This document shows positions 27,300-39,719 of a stretch of DNA of 64,000 nucleotides, piece after piece; position 1 is the stretch's first letter, and each line of letters starts with the position of its first letter. The notes under the pieces are model-generated. The model saw only the letters and a list, made by a program, of their open reading frames with translations. It did not search any database and was not told the origin of the DNA. This DNA is from Geosiphon pyriformis uo1 (Eukaryota > Fungi > Glomeromycota), in NCBI GenBank assembly GCA_016748015.1, contig JAAOMT010000352.1, positions 372,001-436,000 on the forward strand. The letters run 5' to 3'. Both the position numbers and the translations under genes were made by a program.

Positions 27300-29970
27300 T
27301 GAAATGACCACAAGTGGCTGGCGTACATGTGTAGTAGCTGTTTTGACTGAGCTGCAGTTTTTGAGTGTTTCAATCAAATACTGCATTGGTTTTGAACAGC
27401 CAGTTATTTTTAACAAGAGCTTGATACTGAGTTGCTTCCATTACCAATACCTTGATTGGTATTATAATGCTATTGACTTTAAATAGAAAGTTGTTTATTT
27501 TACTAATTGGAGTCTTGGTTGTTCCATCAGCTGTTATGATTCTGACACTGGCAACATGATTAACTTGGTAACCTAATTAGTCAATAAGTTGTTGTGTGAT
27601 AATGCTGCCAGTTGATCCACTGTTTAGGATTAATTTAATGTGCTGCCCATCAACTTTAGCATTTATATATATTGCAGTAATGAGTTTTGATTCTAGGATA
27701 ACTCCACTGAATAGTGGTGTTTCAACTGGTTTCTTGAGTTCAAAAGGAAAGATAGCAGTAAGTAATTTGTTCTTAGTAATAGTTGCTAGTAGTATATTGT
27801 TAATAAGTGGTTGCTTTTGTTTAATTTTCATATTGTTGGATATGGTGTCTTCTGAAGTTACTAGAAGACTTAAATAGTTTTGGGTGTACCCGGTTTCTGA
27901 ACTCCACTGACATAATCCTGATGGCTGGTTTAAGGAGCTGTGCATCAGTTGGTAGACAACCATTGCTGATCTCCAATTTTGAGTGATCCTTGATCTGAGA
28001 TTTCTTGATGTCATCTGAGCTGAATTTGATGGTGGTGTTGAAATTTGTTGGGGTTGATAGATTACTTGGGGCTGCAGCTAATAGATAAGTTGTGTCTGTG
28101 GTTAATAAACTATGGTTGCTGAAAGCTAATAAATTGATGGTTGATAGATTGGCTGCTGCATCATAAGTAAGTAATTTGGTTAATATGGTGCTGAGTTGAG
28201 TTGATAACTCAGAGTTTGAAACCGGCGATCAGGGTTTTAATATTGATTTTTCAATCATTGGTTATTTAATCAATAGTGGCAGTCAATTTGTAGGTGTTCT
28301 TGTTTACCACAATAGTGGCAAACATGTATTTTCTGTTGCCACTGTTAATTGGTCAAAGATGATAAACACAATTGATTTTGGAAATGATTAGAGTTTCCTT
28401 GATTGTTGTGTTGCTATGAAAGTTGATAAATTGCCTGATTGTTGTTAGCTAAGTATCCTTCTAATTTCTGATTAATTAAGTTACTAAATTGCTTTAATTT
28501 GGAATCCAAGTCAGATGATCTGTTTATTACTAGATTTACAGTTTGGATATGATTAGTTTCTAATTCAGCAGCTTCAAAATCTCTGGCATAAGTGACTGCA
28601 GTTTGAAGGTCTGCTGAATGTAATGAATGTATGCATTGAAGAATGCTACTGCACAGGTCTCTGATGAATACATTTAAAATTTATGGTGCTGTGAAATAAT
28701 CAGCTTGAATTGTTTGAATTTGGTGCAGATTTCTATAGAAGCATTCTAGGTAGGTAGTAACTGCTTCATTTTTTTTTGTTTAATGATGGTAAAGGTATTT
28801 TCTAGACAATTAATACTATTATTATTGCTAAAATATTGTAGGAATGCAAGCTTGAATGTATTAAAGTCTTGAGGTTTGTTGGCCAAACTTTGATACCATG
28901 AGTTGGCAGTATCCTGAAAAAAGTATGAGATGGCTTGCATGGCTCTGGTATTATTCTATTTATTGGCTGCAATGGTTTTTCAACATCATTTAACCACACT
29001 TGGGTGTCATTTTCTTCACCAGTAAATTTTTCTATTTTGGTGATTGGAGCATAAGCCATTGGTTATTGTTGTGATTGCTATTGCAGTTGCTGTTGAAATT
29101 GTTGTTGGGGTAGTGGTTGTGGCTGTTGTTGTTGTTTAGCAATTGGTGGGGCTGGTGGTAGATTAATTATGATTACTGGAGATAAGTTTTTCTGAGTAAT
29201 AATGTTAGAGTTTGGATTATTCTGATTTTCTAGAGTTTAATTAACTGGAATTTTGATTTCTGAATTTTCTAAGATCAGGTTTTGCTTGCTAATTTCTTGA
29301 TTGCTACTTTCTTTTTCCTTGGAGTTAGTTATTTTCCAAGAACTAATGGTTTCAAAATTTGGTTGTGGTGGTGGTAATTAAATTTCTGATGGTATTGAAG
29401 ATTATGATTTAAATACCTCGAAATAATTACTATATGTTCATAATAACTCTGCTTTCTTTTGTTTACTTTGAAATAGGATTCTGTTTAGTGGTGTTGTTGC
29501 ACTTACTGTAGCCATGCTTATTATATTAATAATATTTCCAAATATGTGGTGATATAATAAATTAGCAGATGAATCAAATCTTTGTTTTTTTCAAGTGGGT
29601 AGTTGGATTTGTTTTAGTGTTCCAGCTGGTGTTTGTAACCTTCCTTTTCCTTTATCAGCAAAAGTGATAGAAAATTTCTGCTTGGTGTATTTTTTAATTT
29701 CTTTGTTTATTTCTGTAATTAATAATACAAATAAGTAGTTTTGTAGAAGGGTAGTATTTTGGAATAGTTTACTGAAGAAGTTGTTGAAGACAGATTCTGG
29801 ATTTTTTTGGCCTCCCAAATGATATACTATTCTCTCATTGATGTAGCAGTTGAAAACTGATTCTGTTGACCAACTATTATTTGTTAATCCAAGATAGATG
29901 TAATAGTGTTGGAATAAAGATTTTGCGAATTCCAAATAGTTTGTCCCTGTTTTTTCAGATTCTGCTACTG
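27300..29970 (-). pseudogene. gag: gag-protease of element B
   Basis: N-terminal domain (29935-29591), MAYAPITKIEKFTGEE capsid-like region, CHYCGKQEHLQIDC knuckle, LILNSGSTGS protease. Confidence 0.85.
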
Positions 29971-30034
29971 TTTCAGATGGGTGTTTTGTTGATGCCAGTT
30001 CTCTGTAAGATTATATCTCACAGGAAGTACCAAA

Positions 30035-30896
30035 TATTACAGGTGATTATTTAGGGTTTTAACACAAATAACAAATCCATAACTTAGTGCTTAATTGATA
30101 TAATGAGGGGTGTTGGTTTCTGAAGGTTTTTGTGATCTGAAAGTTTTGGTTGATTTAAAGGTTTTTGTTGTGGAGTTTTTTGTATAATGAACAGAGATTC
30201 TGTAGTGATTGGAGTAGTTTTTTTTAATTGTAATTCTGCCCAATTTTTTTCTCAGCTTGGTGGCTGGATTTATTCTAACAGTCATGCTTTTCTGATAAGC
30301 TATCTATTAATATATATGTAATTCTACCTTTATTTCTGGGTCTTTTACCAGACTATTCTTGATGTCAATAATTTAGCACTTAATCCTTAATCAATTAGTA
30401 AAACCAAAAAAAAATAACAAAAGAAAATGAAAGAAAAATAAAAGAAGATAAAGAAATAAGCCAAGACAATTAATATTAGTATCCCATCAATAACTGTAAT
30501 CAAGAGCTATTGTTCCAGTGTAATTAAGTATCAATTACTATTAACATAAAGTGTTGATAATGAGAAGTGGATTTGAGATATTGAATAATTATTTATTGAT
30601 ATTTGTGATGTAGAAGGTTGCTTAGATCAAATTTAAACTAAGAAGTCTGTCTTTTTTTGCTTTTAATTTATGTTTTATAAGATCACTCATATTCTCGAGC
30701 AATGTGCTATGATTTCTTGAGCAATGTTCATATTGTTAAGTAATGTGCCCTAATTTTCTAATATCACTTCACATTGCTGAACAATGTGCTGTAATTTTTA
30801 ACATTGCTTCATATTGCTGAGCAATGTGTTTACATGCTAACTACTATTCTCTTATTGGTCTACTATTTTTTATATCTGTTTTCTTTATGAGTAACA
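30035..30896 (-). repeat. 5' LTR of element B
   Basis: Pairs with 19716-20580; followed on the minus strand by PBS TGGTACTTCCTGTGAG. Confidence 0.9.
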
Positions 30897-30900
30897 TTGG

Positions 30901-31771
30901 GCAGGGTGGAATTACAAGCAGAGATAACATCTTTTTTTGCTGCTAGGGCTTTTGTAGATAATATGATCTGGATGAGCAGTAGTCAGGCTGTCATCCAATA
31001 TATTTTAAACATTGCAAGTAAATTTTTTGCTCTTAATAATATTTTTATAAACATGAAAAAAACTGTTGCCATTCTTATTAATCAAGGAGTGAAGGATGTT
31101 TCTTTGTTCATTAGTGACATACCAATTGCTGTGGCCAGAAAGAATAAATTTCATTGATATTTGGGCATTTTTTTGTCAATAAAAGGGCTCTTAAAGCCAA
31201 GTTTGTTAAAGACATATTCAGATATGTGTTTCTTTTCAAACATGGTTTTGCACAAAGCTATCTCTGATAAACAATTCTGCTATTTGGTGTTATCTATTCT
31301 ACAGTCTATTATTAGCTACAGGACTCAGTTTAGTTTTATTTCTAGTGCTGTTTGCTCTAGGTGGGATGCTATTGTTAAAAAGAGCTTAAAATTCAAGATG
31401 TGTCTCTTTGCAATTTTTCTATAATTGCATTGTCACATTCTTTATTTTATGGTGTTAAGACATTCACCCAAGTACAGGCTGAGAGTAAGTCATTATCTGT
31501 TATTAATTTTGCAAATACTCTGGGTATTTTAGAGCAGCTTTTTATTTATCAAAGTTTGGATTTACAAGTTGCCAGCTAGTCACTTGTTTATTTATTGTGC
31601 CATTCTATTAGATTATGAGTCAATTCTAAGAATAATTTTTTAGCTGGAATAGTGAGAATTTTTTTATTTTGTAAACTGTTCTTTTCTGCTCTGCTGACCA
31701 TTTTTTGTCACTTTGTTAGAATGCCAATTTCTGAAGTTCTTGATAACAGTGTTTTTTTTGGGGTAGCCCAT
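30901..31771 (+). pseudogene. LINE ORF2 continuation: RT catalytic region and thumb
   Basis: AFVDNMIW (from FVDD), INMKKT, YLGIFLS, ILQSIISYRTQF. Confidence 0.88.
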
Positions 31772-33535
31772 TGTTACCCAAGTAGAAAAACTGATCCAAA
31801 GTTATGAAGAAACGTGACCAGAACATGACATAACACAGAATAGCACACAATAACATTGAATAATGTGTTATAACTTAGAATAGTGCAAAATAATGTGTTA
31901 CAACATGAGATAACACAGAATAACATATAATAACACTAAATAATGTGTTATAATATAGGATAACTAGTAATAACATAGAAGAATGAAGCAATAACAGAAA
32001 TAACAAAGCAATAGTTAGCAATAACAAAACAATCAGAAGCAATCCTGTAAAACCAAAAAAATGTATAAAAGCAAATAGTTGTAGAAAGTAAAAAACAAAC
32101 AAACAAATAGATACAAACCACTAGACAAGAATCAATTATCCATATTTCTTTATCATTTATTATATTCCATATTCATTTTCTAAAATAAATTAATCATTAA
32201 GAAATCAAAATCACGAATTCATGTTTTCAAACTTTGTGGAATTTACGTGAATTAACTATTGTTTTGTACTTTCATTCCAGAACAGATGCTTTTAACATAA
32301 CTACCTCAAACTATTAACAATTTGAAACAATCACTCTTGATCATAGCAATTGATGATACTAATTTATCTTTTCTTTTATTTTCTTTTTCTTTTTTTCTTT
32401 TTTTCTTGTGAAGCAGCAACATAGTAAAATTGATTGTCTAGAAATAGACTTTGTAATAGCCTAGTAAAAGAGAAAAGCTCCTCCTAGGTTTTTGGATATT
32501 AACATTATTTTGATAGCTTACTAGAAAGGTAAAAAGACAATACCAGATCCTAACAACTGTGCTTGTTAGCTTGAAGAAAAAAGCTTACCTTTATAAGAAG
32601 TTGCAATCAGCAAAAACCAAAACTCTGTGCTTTATAACCAAAAAACTCAATAAGTAAATTCACAACCAGTAAAATAAGACTTTCAGAGACTGATAATCAA
32701 GATTAAGCCACCAAAATTACGTGAAACATGCATTACCAATACTTGAGAGCACCAAACATTATCATTTCTCTATCCCACCAAGTTTACTCATAACATTTGG
32801 TGCTCTCTGTGAGGTTATAAATTCACAAAAACAGAGCACCTCAGAAATTCACAAAAGTGGCAACTATTGGAACAGTAGTAAAGAACCACTTTTTATATGG
32901 AAGAGCATTATTTTAATACTTTCAAAAAGACCTAAGAATATCAGTAGAAACCACTTATACAGAAAGTGATTTTTGTAACTATATCAACACAAAAATTGAC
33001 TGCTTATTAGGCCACACAACTGACACAGGAAGACTGGGAGAACAAATTCATCAAAGCTTATTAGGGTACTCAACAGTCACAACTACCCAACCAATTGCTA
33101 AAACTCTGTATATAATCAATACAGACATTAAATATTACATGATAAAACAATTTCTTCAAGTACAACAACCAGTGAAATCCGATTCTGAAGAATATAAAGA
33201 CAAATCCAACAACTCTGCAACTGCCCAAGCCAAGTCCATAATCAACAAGAAACCAAGATTCTTCTCACAAACAACTCTATCATACTATTAAACACTCCAA
33301 AGTAGAATTGTATTCAACTTACCTCTGAAAATCCAGTCAGAAACACCACAAACTCCTGGAAATTCACACTCTTGGATTAATATAGTTGAATCAAATTATT
33401 AGGAAAATATGGATCATTGTTTGAAAATTTTACTCCAACAATTAATAAAACAGACAAAAATATGTCAACATGGAAACCACCACCAACCCAACCCTTGACC
33501 AAATTATCAACTACTCTCTCTGAAAAAACAGCTAT
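31772..33535 (+). mobile_element. Ty3/gypsy element F, 5' portion (LTR 31772-32795, PBS, start of gag), broken at about 33535
   Basis: TGTTACCC...CATAACA, PBS TGGTGCTCTCTGTGAGG at 32798, AAAAGTGGCA gag start near 32858, tandem ATAACACAGA-type repeats in U3. Confidence 0.8.
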
Positions 33536-33784
33536 CCTTATTTTTTCTGGTAATGTTCCTTCAATTTTGGTAAGTGCCATTCACCAAATTTTGTTATCAT
33601 TGTGTGAACATCTGTCCAAATGTTTTACTGTTCTTCTCCAGGCTGCTTCTATTAGTGTCTTTTTTTTTATCCAGTCACTTATTAAGATTATGTACTGGCA
33701 TGATTTGTTACAGATCTCTTTTCTTCCAGAGATGTCATTCCATATCTTTTTGTCAAGGAGAGTTTTGTCACAAGCCAAGCATAG
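33535..33784 (-). pseudogene. Continuation of element G (Cys-rich module) left of the C insertion
   Basis: CLACDKTLLDKKIWNDISGRKEICNKSCQY joins 57744 across TSD ATAG to give ...NNKLCLAC. Confidence 0.85.
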
Positions 33785-34425
33785 TATTACTTATAGAATA
33801 TAAAAAATATATTAGTATATAAATTAGCCAATTAGAAGTAGGCATAGTAAATGTGGAATTCTAGAATTTTTCTTAGAGGAATTGCAGAATTCTAAGAATT
33901 TCAGGATTCTCATATGAAGAATTACAAGATTCCAGAATTTCAGAATTCTTCTTAAAAGAATTGCAGGATTCCAGAAATTCTAGGATTCCTGGTGTAAAGA
34001 ATCGAAGAATTGAGGAATCTTAATTATGTATATATAGTGGTAGCATTAGAAGTAGAAAAGACAGACCTCTTAATTTAGATTTGATTTAAACAACCTTTCA
34101 CATCACAAATATCAATAAATAATTATTTGTTATCTTACTCCACTCTCCACTATTAACACTATATGTTAATAATAATTACTACTTAAACACACTAAAACAA
34201 TAGCTCTTGATCACAGCTATTGACAGGATACTAATTTACAAAATGCCTTGGCTTATTTTTTTTCTTTATTTTCTTTTACTTTTCTTTTTTTCTTTTGTTG
34301 TGTTTACTAATTGATTAAGGATTAAGTGCTGAATTACTAACGTCAAAAATTGCCTGGTAAAAGACCTCTGTGAGTGGATAAAACACATAAAAAAAATTAC
34401 GGATTACTTATCAGAGGATTGCCAA

Positions 34426-35402
34426 TGTTACCAGACAAAATTAGAGATATTATTTAGCATAAAATTATCTTATAATTCCTATCATTAATTAGCATATATT
34501 ATTGTTTCAAATTATCACTTATTACATTAGCAAAATGTCCGAAATTATCATTTAATTAATAACCCAATTTATACACAACACAAATGTAACCTAATTGTGA
34601 TAATCAATCATACAATACCCCAAACTATGTAACATTCAAAAGTTTGCCGAAATTTGTAGAAATTTGCCAAAATAATTGATAATTCACCGAAATATCTAAT
34701 AGTTCACAGAAATAACTTGTAGTTCACTGAAATGTATCTTTAGTTCAGCAAAATTGTAGAAAATAGCAAAGTTCAAGTTCATAGAATAGTGTTACGACAA
34801 GTTGTATAAAAGAAAAGCTTCTCTCTTCAAGAAAATGTATCTTACTTTAGATTTATTACTTAGAACCATTCCTACACACACAGAAAGAAATAAATATCAA
34901 ATAATTTGAAAAACCAAATTCTTTAAATTATTGCACTTGGAAAATCCTCAAAAACCCAACTAATGTTTTTAAATTGATTAGCTACCAATTTTAGTAAACT
35001 GTTAGTGACTCCAGGCCTGGATAGAAAAACGTTTCCCTTGATAAAAATCCTATTTCTTTTACATTTCTTTTATTTTATTTTCTTATTATAATTATTAAGG
35101 TAGCCTATAGACGAGATTCCTGTAGAAGAGTTGACTTTCACAGCAAAGTAACTACACATTTTTAGTAAGCTTCCAGATGAGCAATTCCTGAGAAAGAGTT
35201 GATGTTTACTACAACATAACTACATAAAGCAACTGGCACAGAATTGGCCATTCCACTCATAAGCCCAGCAAGTTCAAATTATAGGAGATAATATGAAGAT
35301 AAATTCAGTTACTGGAGGTCCAACTACTTCCTGGAAACGTAAATTCACAACAAATCAACATTAACAACATTTAAGAAAAGAGACCAAAAACCTCTGGTAA
35401 CA
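34426..35402 (+). repeat. 5' LTR of element D
   Basis: TGTTAC...GTAACA; near-identical to 43299-44280. Confidence 0.95.
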
Positions 35403-35448
35403 TTTGGTGCTCTTTCACGGAAATAACACAGCAACAACAAAATTCAAA

Positions 35449-37830
35449 GTGATGACCACACCAGACGCAACAACTCTAGAGTATTATCAATCAATTTACA
35501 CCCACTGCAAGCAAAGATTCAACATTCCAGACGGAATTGAAGTTGTCAAGAAATCAGTATACCAATACATTGAAAACTGCATCAACAATTATCTTTTTGG
35601 AAATTACAATATTTCAGAAGTTAGAAGCAACCTTTACAATAATTTAGCACACTATTCACAGTTGGGAACTGAAGACCTTAATAGTAAAACACTTGCCACT
35701 TACTTTCACAAACTTAATTTTAACATTATCAAATACTGTGAAGAAACATATCCAGTGCAGTCTCAATACTCTATTGATTTTGAATTGGAAACAGAAACAA
35801 GCAACAAAGACAAAAACAAATTAAAGCAATACTCAAAAACTACCCCAAATACTCCAACACTACCAAAAACAACTGCCAACCATTTACAAACATCTGAACA
35901 AAGAACCAGTTCAAAACTTTCACTTACCATCACACCTTTTTCAGCTTCACTTGCATAAGCACAAATGCCTAATTCACCCTTGAATCGATTTGCAAGACCA
36001 GAAGATTTTACATCATTCAGAAGTCCCATCAGACAACAAGAACCCCTTCAAACTAGTTCCAATCTCCTTGACTTTCTAGCTGAAAATCAAAGTGAACACT
36101 CTGAGACAGCAGCGAACAAAAAAAACGAACCTGAAATATCTGAAGAAGAATCAATAGACAGTGAAAATGAAGAAGACAAAATGACAACATATATCGCAAA
36201 AATTCCTGAATTTAATGGAGAAGACATTAATACCAGTCCCCAAGAATGGCTCGACCAAGTTACTAAAGCTGGAGATGCAAATGGATGGAATGCTGCCAGA
36301 ATGTTAAAAACAATTCACTACTTTCTCAAAGGAACAGCAGGAAAATGGTTTGAAAACTTGGCTGCCCTATTCAATAATTAGAATGCTTTCAAAGCAGCCT
36401 TCCTTAAACAGTTCACTGACAATAATATCTCTATCACCCTTCACAATCGTTTTCGAACTATCAAACAAGAACTCTCCGAATCTGTTATGACTTATATTGG
36501 GAAATTCAACAAACTTCTTAGACGAATTCACCAACTTGAAACAAACAATTATTATTCCAATGCTCAAATCTTGGATCAATTTATCGCTGGTCTAAAAGAT
36601 AAACTAATTAAAAAGGTTTGCCCACATGTGCCAGAAGATTTAAACTTTGCCATACAGTATACGAAAAGATACAAAATGGCTATAGAAGAAGCCAATCACA
36701 CAAAACTTGTAAATTTGGCAATTGGAGAAACCAGCTCAGCAGCTGAGGAAAAAATTGACCAATTTACAAAGAAGGTTGAAAACTATTTCACCAATTAATA
36801 ACAACAGCAACCCCAAAGATATCAACCACCCCAAAGACGAAATCAAAATAACTTTGCACCACTTTCCAATAACCAGCCTCAGAATTGTCATTACTGTGGA
36901 ATTTCTGGCCACTGGAAAAGAGATTGCAGAAAGCTACAACAAGACCAACAAAACAGGAGTAATCAATATTACCCTCCACCACAGCAATCTTATTATCAAC
37001 TACCACTACCAGCTTACTATCCACCAAGACCCCAATACCAAAATAACTATTATCAGCCCACTCCACAGCCAATCTAACAGCAATACCAACAACCACCCAC
37101 ACAACATTATCAAGTACTTGCTCGAAGACTGATTACACAAAATCAATTCACACCACAAAACTGATACCAAGTAAACAACAATAGAATCAGTTCGAACAAC
37201 CAATTGGTTCTCTGAAATTCCACTCAACCAAAACCCAACCACTACTACACTCAACCCAGTTATTTAACAATGCCAGAAGAACAGGATTTTCACCATACTG
37301 CACCCTTGAAAGATAGAACTGCAACACAACAACAAAACCCTTCTTATACTCCTACCACAATCCCACTAGCCAGAATCGCTGAAAACGCTAACCTTTCAGA
37401 TATATTTTCTTTTGAGTTTGAAGCAAATGAATCACCATTCTTGCTTAGCAATGCAGCCGCCAATGAACAAAAAGCAATCACGGCTATATACACTGAAGCA
37501 GAAGTCGAAGAAAAGACAATTCGCTTAATTCTAGACAGTGGATCTGTCAGAAGCATTATCACCTACCAGTTAATGCAACAGTTGAAGAGAAATGTTGACC
37601 AACCAGCTCAAACAGTAATTGTCACTGCTGATGGCATGAAAAAAACCCCAGTAGGAGAAATTGACAATTTTCTATTCACTCTTGATAAAATCACCATTCC
37701 AGTCAAAGTTCTTATAATGGACGCACCCCAGTACCAAGCTTTCATCGGAAATGATTGGCTTCAAAAAGCCAATGCTAATCTGAATTGGGAAACACAAGAG
37801 TTAACAATCTCCTACCAAGGACAACACACC
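35449..37830 (+). pseudogene. gag: gag and aspartic protease of D (single frame, premature stops)
   Basis: ORFs 35404, 35965, 36487 and 37270 share one frame. PEFNGED...WLDQV, DQFIAGL, CHYCGISGHWKRDC knuckle, LILDSGS. Confidence 0.92.
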
Positions 37831-38064
37831 TGGGTACCTACTACTTGTGGTACATTTAACAAATGCTCTGAAAAAGCCCCAGCTTTTGAATTTGAACTGA
37901 AAGAAAAAAAACCCCTCATTGAAACATTCATGGCTCTTGGATCGATGTCTAACTGGGCTGATGAAACAGAACAAGAACATTTTACCCCATACTCTGAACC
38001 CGAAACCTCTGGATGAAATATCCCTTACTTAAAACCCAAACCAAGGAAACAATGCCCCTATATT

Positions 38065-38690
38065 CCTCTTAAATGTAAAAACTGCCACAAGAAACTATTA
38101 TCAATGGAAGCCTGCATTTCACCTAAAGAAGAATATGAGAATCATACTTGTTATTACTGCAAGGCTTGCTACAGAGAACAATGGGGCCATCTAATAAAAA
38201 AGAGCGGAAAATGAGATAACACCCCTTGTTTGACTTGTGGAGATATGCTACTAGAAGAATGCAATTGGATTGATGTAGCCATGAGAGGAGGAGTCTGCAA
38301 TCAGACCTGCCAATATGCTTTATCAATTTCAGAAAAAGTAAAAAGAGGAACACCCTTTAATGTGGCATACAATAGTGCTTTCAACAAACTTTATCACTAC
38401 CCTTATGATGCTGAGATGATTTTCGACCTAGCAATGGCATTAATTAATGGAGCTACCAAAGAAAATGTTCATCAAATGAAGAAAGCAGAATACATTGAAT
38501 ACACCATGGAATTAGCTGGATTTGATTATGAAGACAAAGTAGAAGTCTACCACCAAATTGTAAGTTACACCTACCCAACCCAAGAAGCTCAAATTCAACA
38601 ATTAGAGCAAATAAACATTAGGCTATGTGAAGAATGCATTATGCCTTGTGATGAACAGTGGTGTCCTGAATGCTATGCTTTTAGTATTCT
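38065..38690 (+). pseudogene. Cys-rich putative zinc-binding module between protease and dUTPase (D)
   Basis: CKNC, CKAC, CLTC, CNQTC and CEECIMPCDEQWCPEC. Same Cys spacing in B, C and G. Confidence 0.75.
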
Positions 38691-38789
38691 CTTGCCCAGT
38701 GAAAATGATGAGAACAAAATTGAATTTGGAGAACCTGAAGCAACAGAAGAAATTGAAACAACACCCATCTACTTTATCAAAAATCAGCC

Positions 38790-39225
38790 TGCCTTACAAC
38801 TTAAATACTTCAACAACAATGGACAAGGAATAAAACCCGAAAAAGCACACGAAATTGATGCTGGATATGACCTAAAATATCCAGGCAAGGATACTCTTGT
38901 TCTTAAACCTCAAATCTCTCACAAAAATCAACCTCAAAATTGCACTCAAAATCCCGCCAGGAGCAATGGTTCAAATCACCTCCCAGTCCTCTCTGGCAAG
39001 CAAAGAAATTAATGTCAGAGGAGGAATAATTGATGCTGGATATACTGGAGACATTACAGTGATGCTTCAAAATGAAACTGACAAACCATTCAAGATCGAA
39101 TATGCTGAAAAAATTGCCCAAGCTATTTACCTACTCTTAATCAACATTTCGGGTTTACAACTAGTCAATCAAAGAGAACAATTAGGAAAAAGTGATAGAG
39201 GAACCCAAGGTTTTGGTTCAACTAG
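38790..39225 (+). pseudogene. dut: Trimeric-type dUTPase of D (1-nt frameshift near 38905)
   Basis: All five motifs: AHEIDAGYDL, QITSQSSLASK, GGIIDAGYTGDI, EKIAQAI, RGTQGFGST. Confidence 0.92.
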
Positions 39226-39719
39226 ACGATTCACAGTTCCAGTTAATATAGCTCTTAACACACAGAACAAATCCCACCAGATTCTCAGACTTTTACAACC
39301 AATTACCATCTCACCCTTTGGAGAACATCCGGAAATCTACATCTGCCTAAAGCCAACAATCACACAACAAATTTTTGAGTCCAATGAACAAGTCTGCTTG
39401 GAACATAATATTTCGATCCCAAACATTTATATTCCAGAAAGAACAAAGAAAGTCCAAGTTACTTTTTACAACCCCAATAATTACTCCATAATTTTATTAA
39501 ATAATTTAGAAATTGGAGTTATTTACAGTAATATATTTCAACAAGAATTACCCCAAACAGTTCCCAATTTCTCTGAAATTATTGAACATTCACTACCAAA
39601 AATCAACTCAAACCCCAGCTCCAAAAACTACTATGTTATCATAAAAAAACTGTCTCAAATCAACATGAGACAACTTGAATCACAACAACAGACCCAGCTC
39701 AAAGAGCTAATTGCAGAAT

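Larger units (their letters stand above)
19716..30896 (-). mobile_element. Ty3/gypsy element B, full length, degraded, dUTPase-bearing
   Basis: LTR pair 19716-20580 and 30035-30896, PBS left of 30035, PPT right of 20580, TSD TCAG/TTGG. Order gag-PR-Cys-dUTPase-RT(VYLDDT near 24730)-RH-IN-ORF3. Confidence 0.93.
15460..31771 (+). mobile_element. Non-LTR (LINE) retrotransposon, degraded; interrupted by element B (19716-30896) and by element F at 31772
   Basis: ORF1 and ORF2 remnants in order. ORF2 reads ...RFIAKS|GRVELQ... across the B insertion. Confidence 0.9.

Noticed and set aside
35763-37562. Antisense ORFs over D gag, and similar short hydrophobic ORFs elsewhere
   Set aside because: Shadows of A/C-rich coding strands; not conserved between element copies.
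38897-38915. Programmed frameshift within pol
   Set aside because: It falls inside the dUTPase, and B and C read through this point in one frame, so it is a private 1-nt indel.
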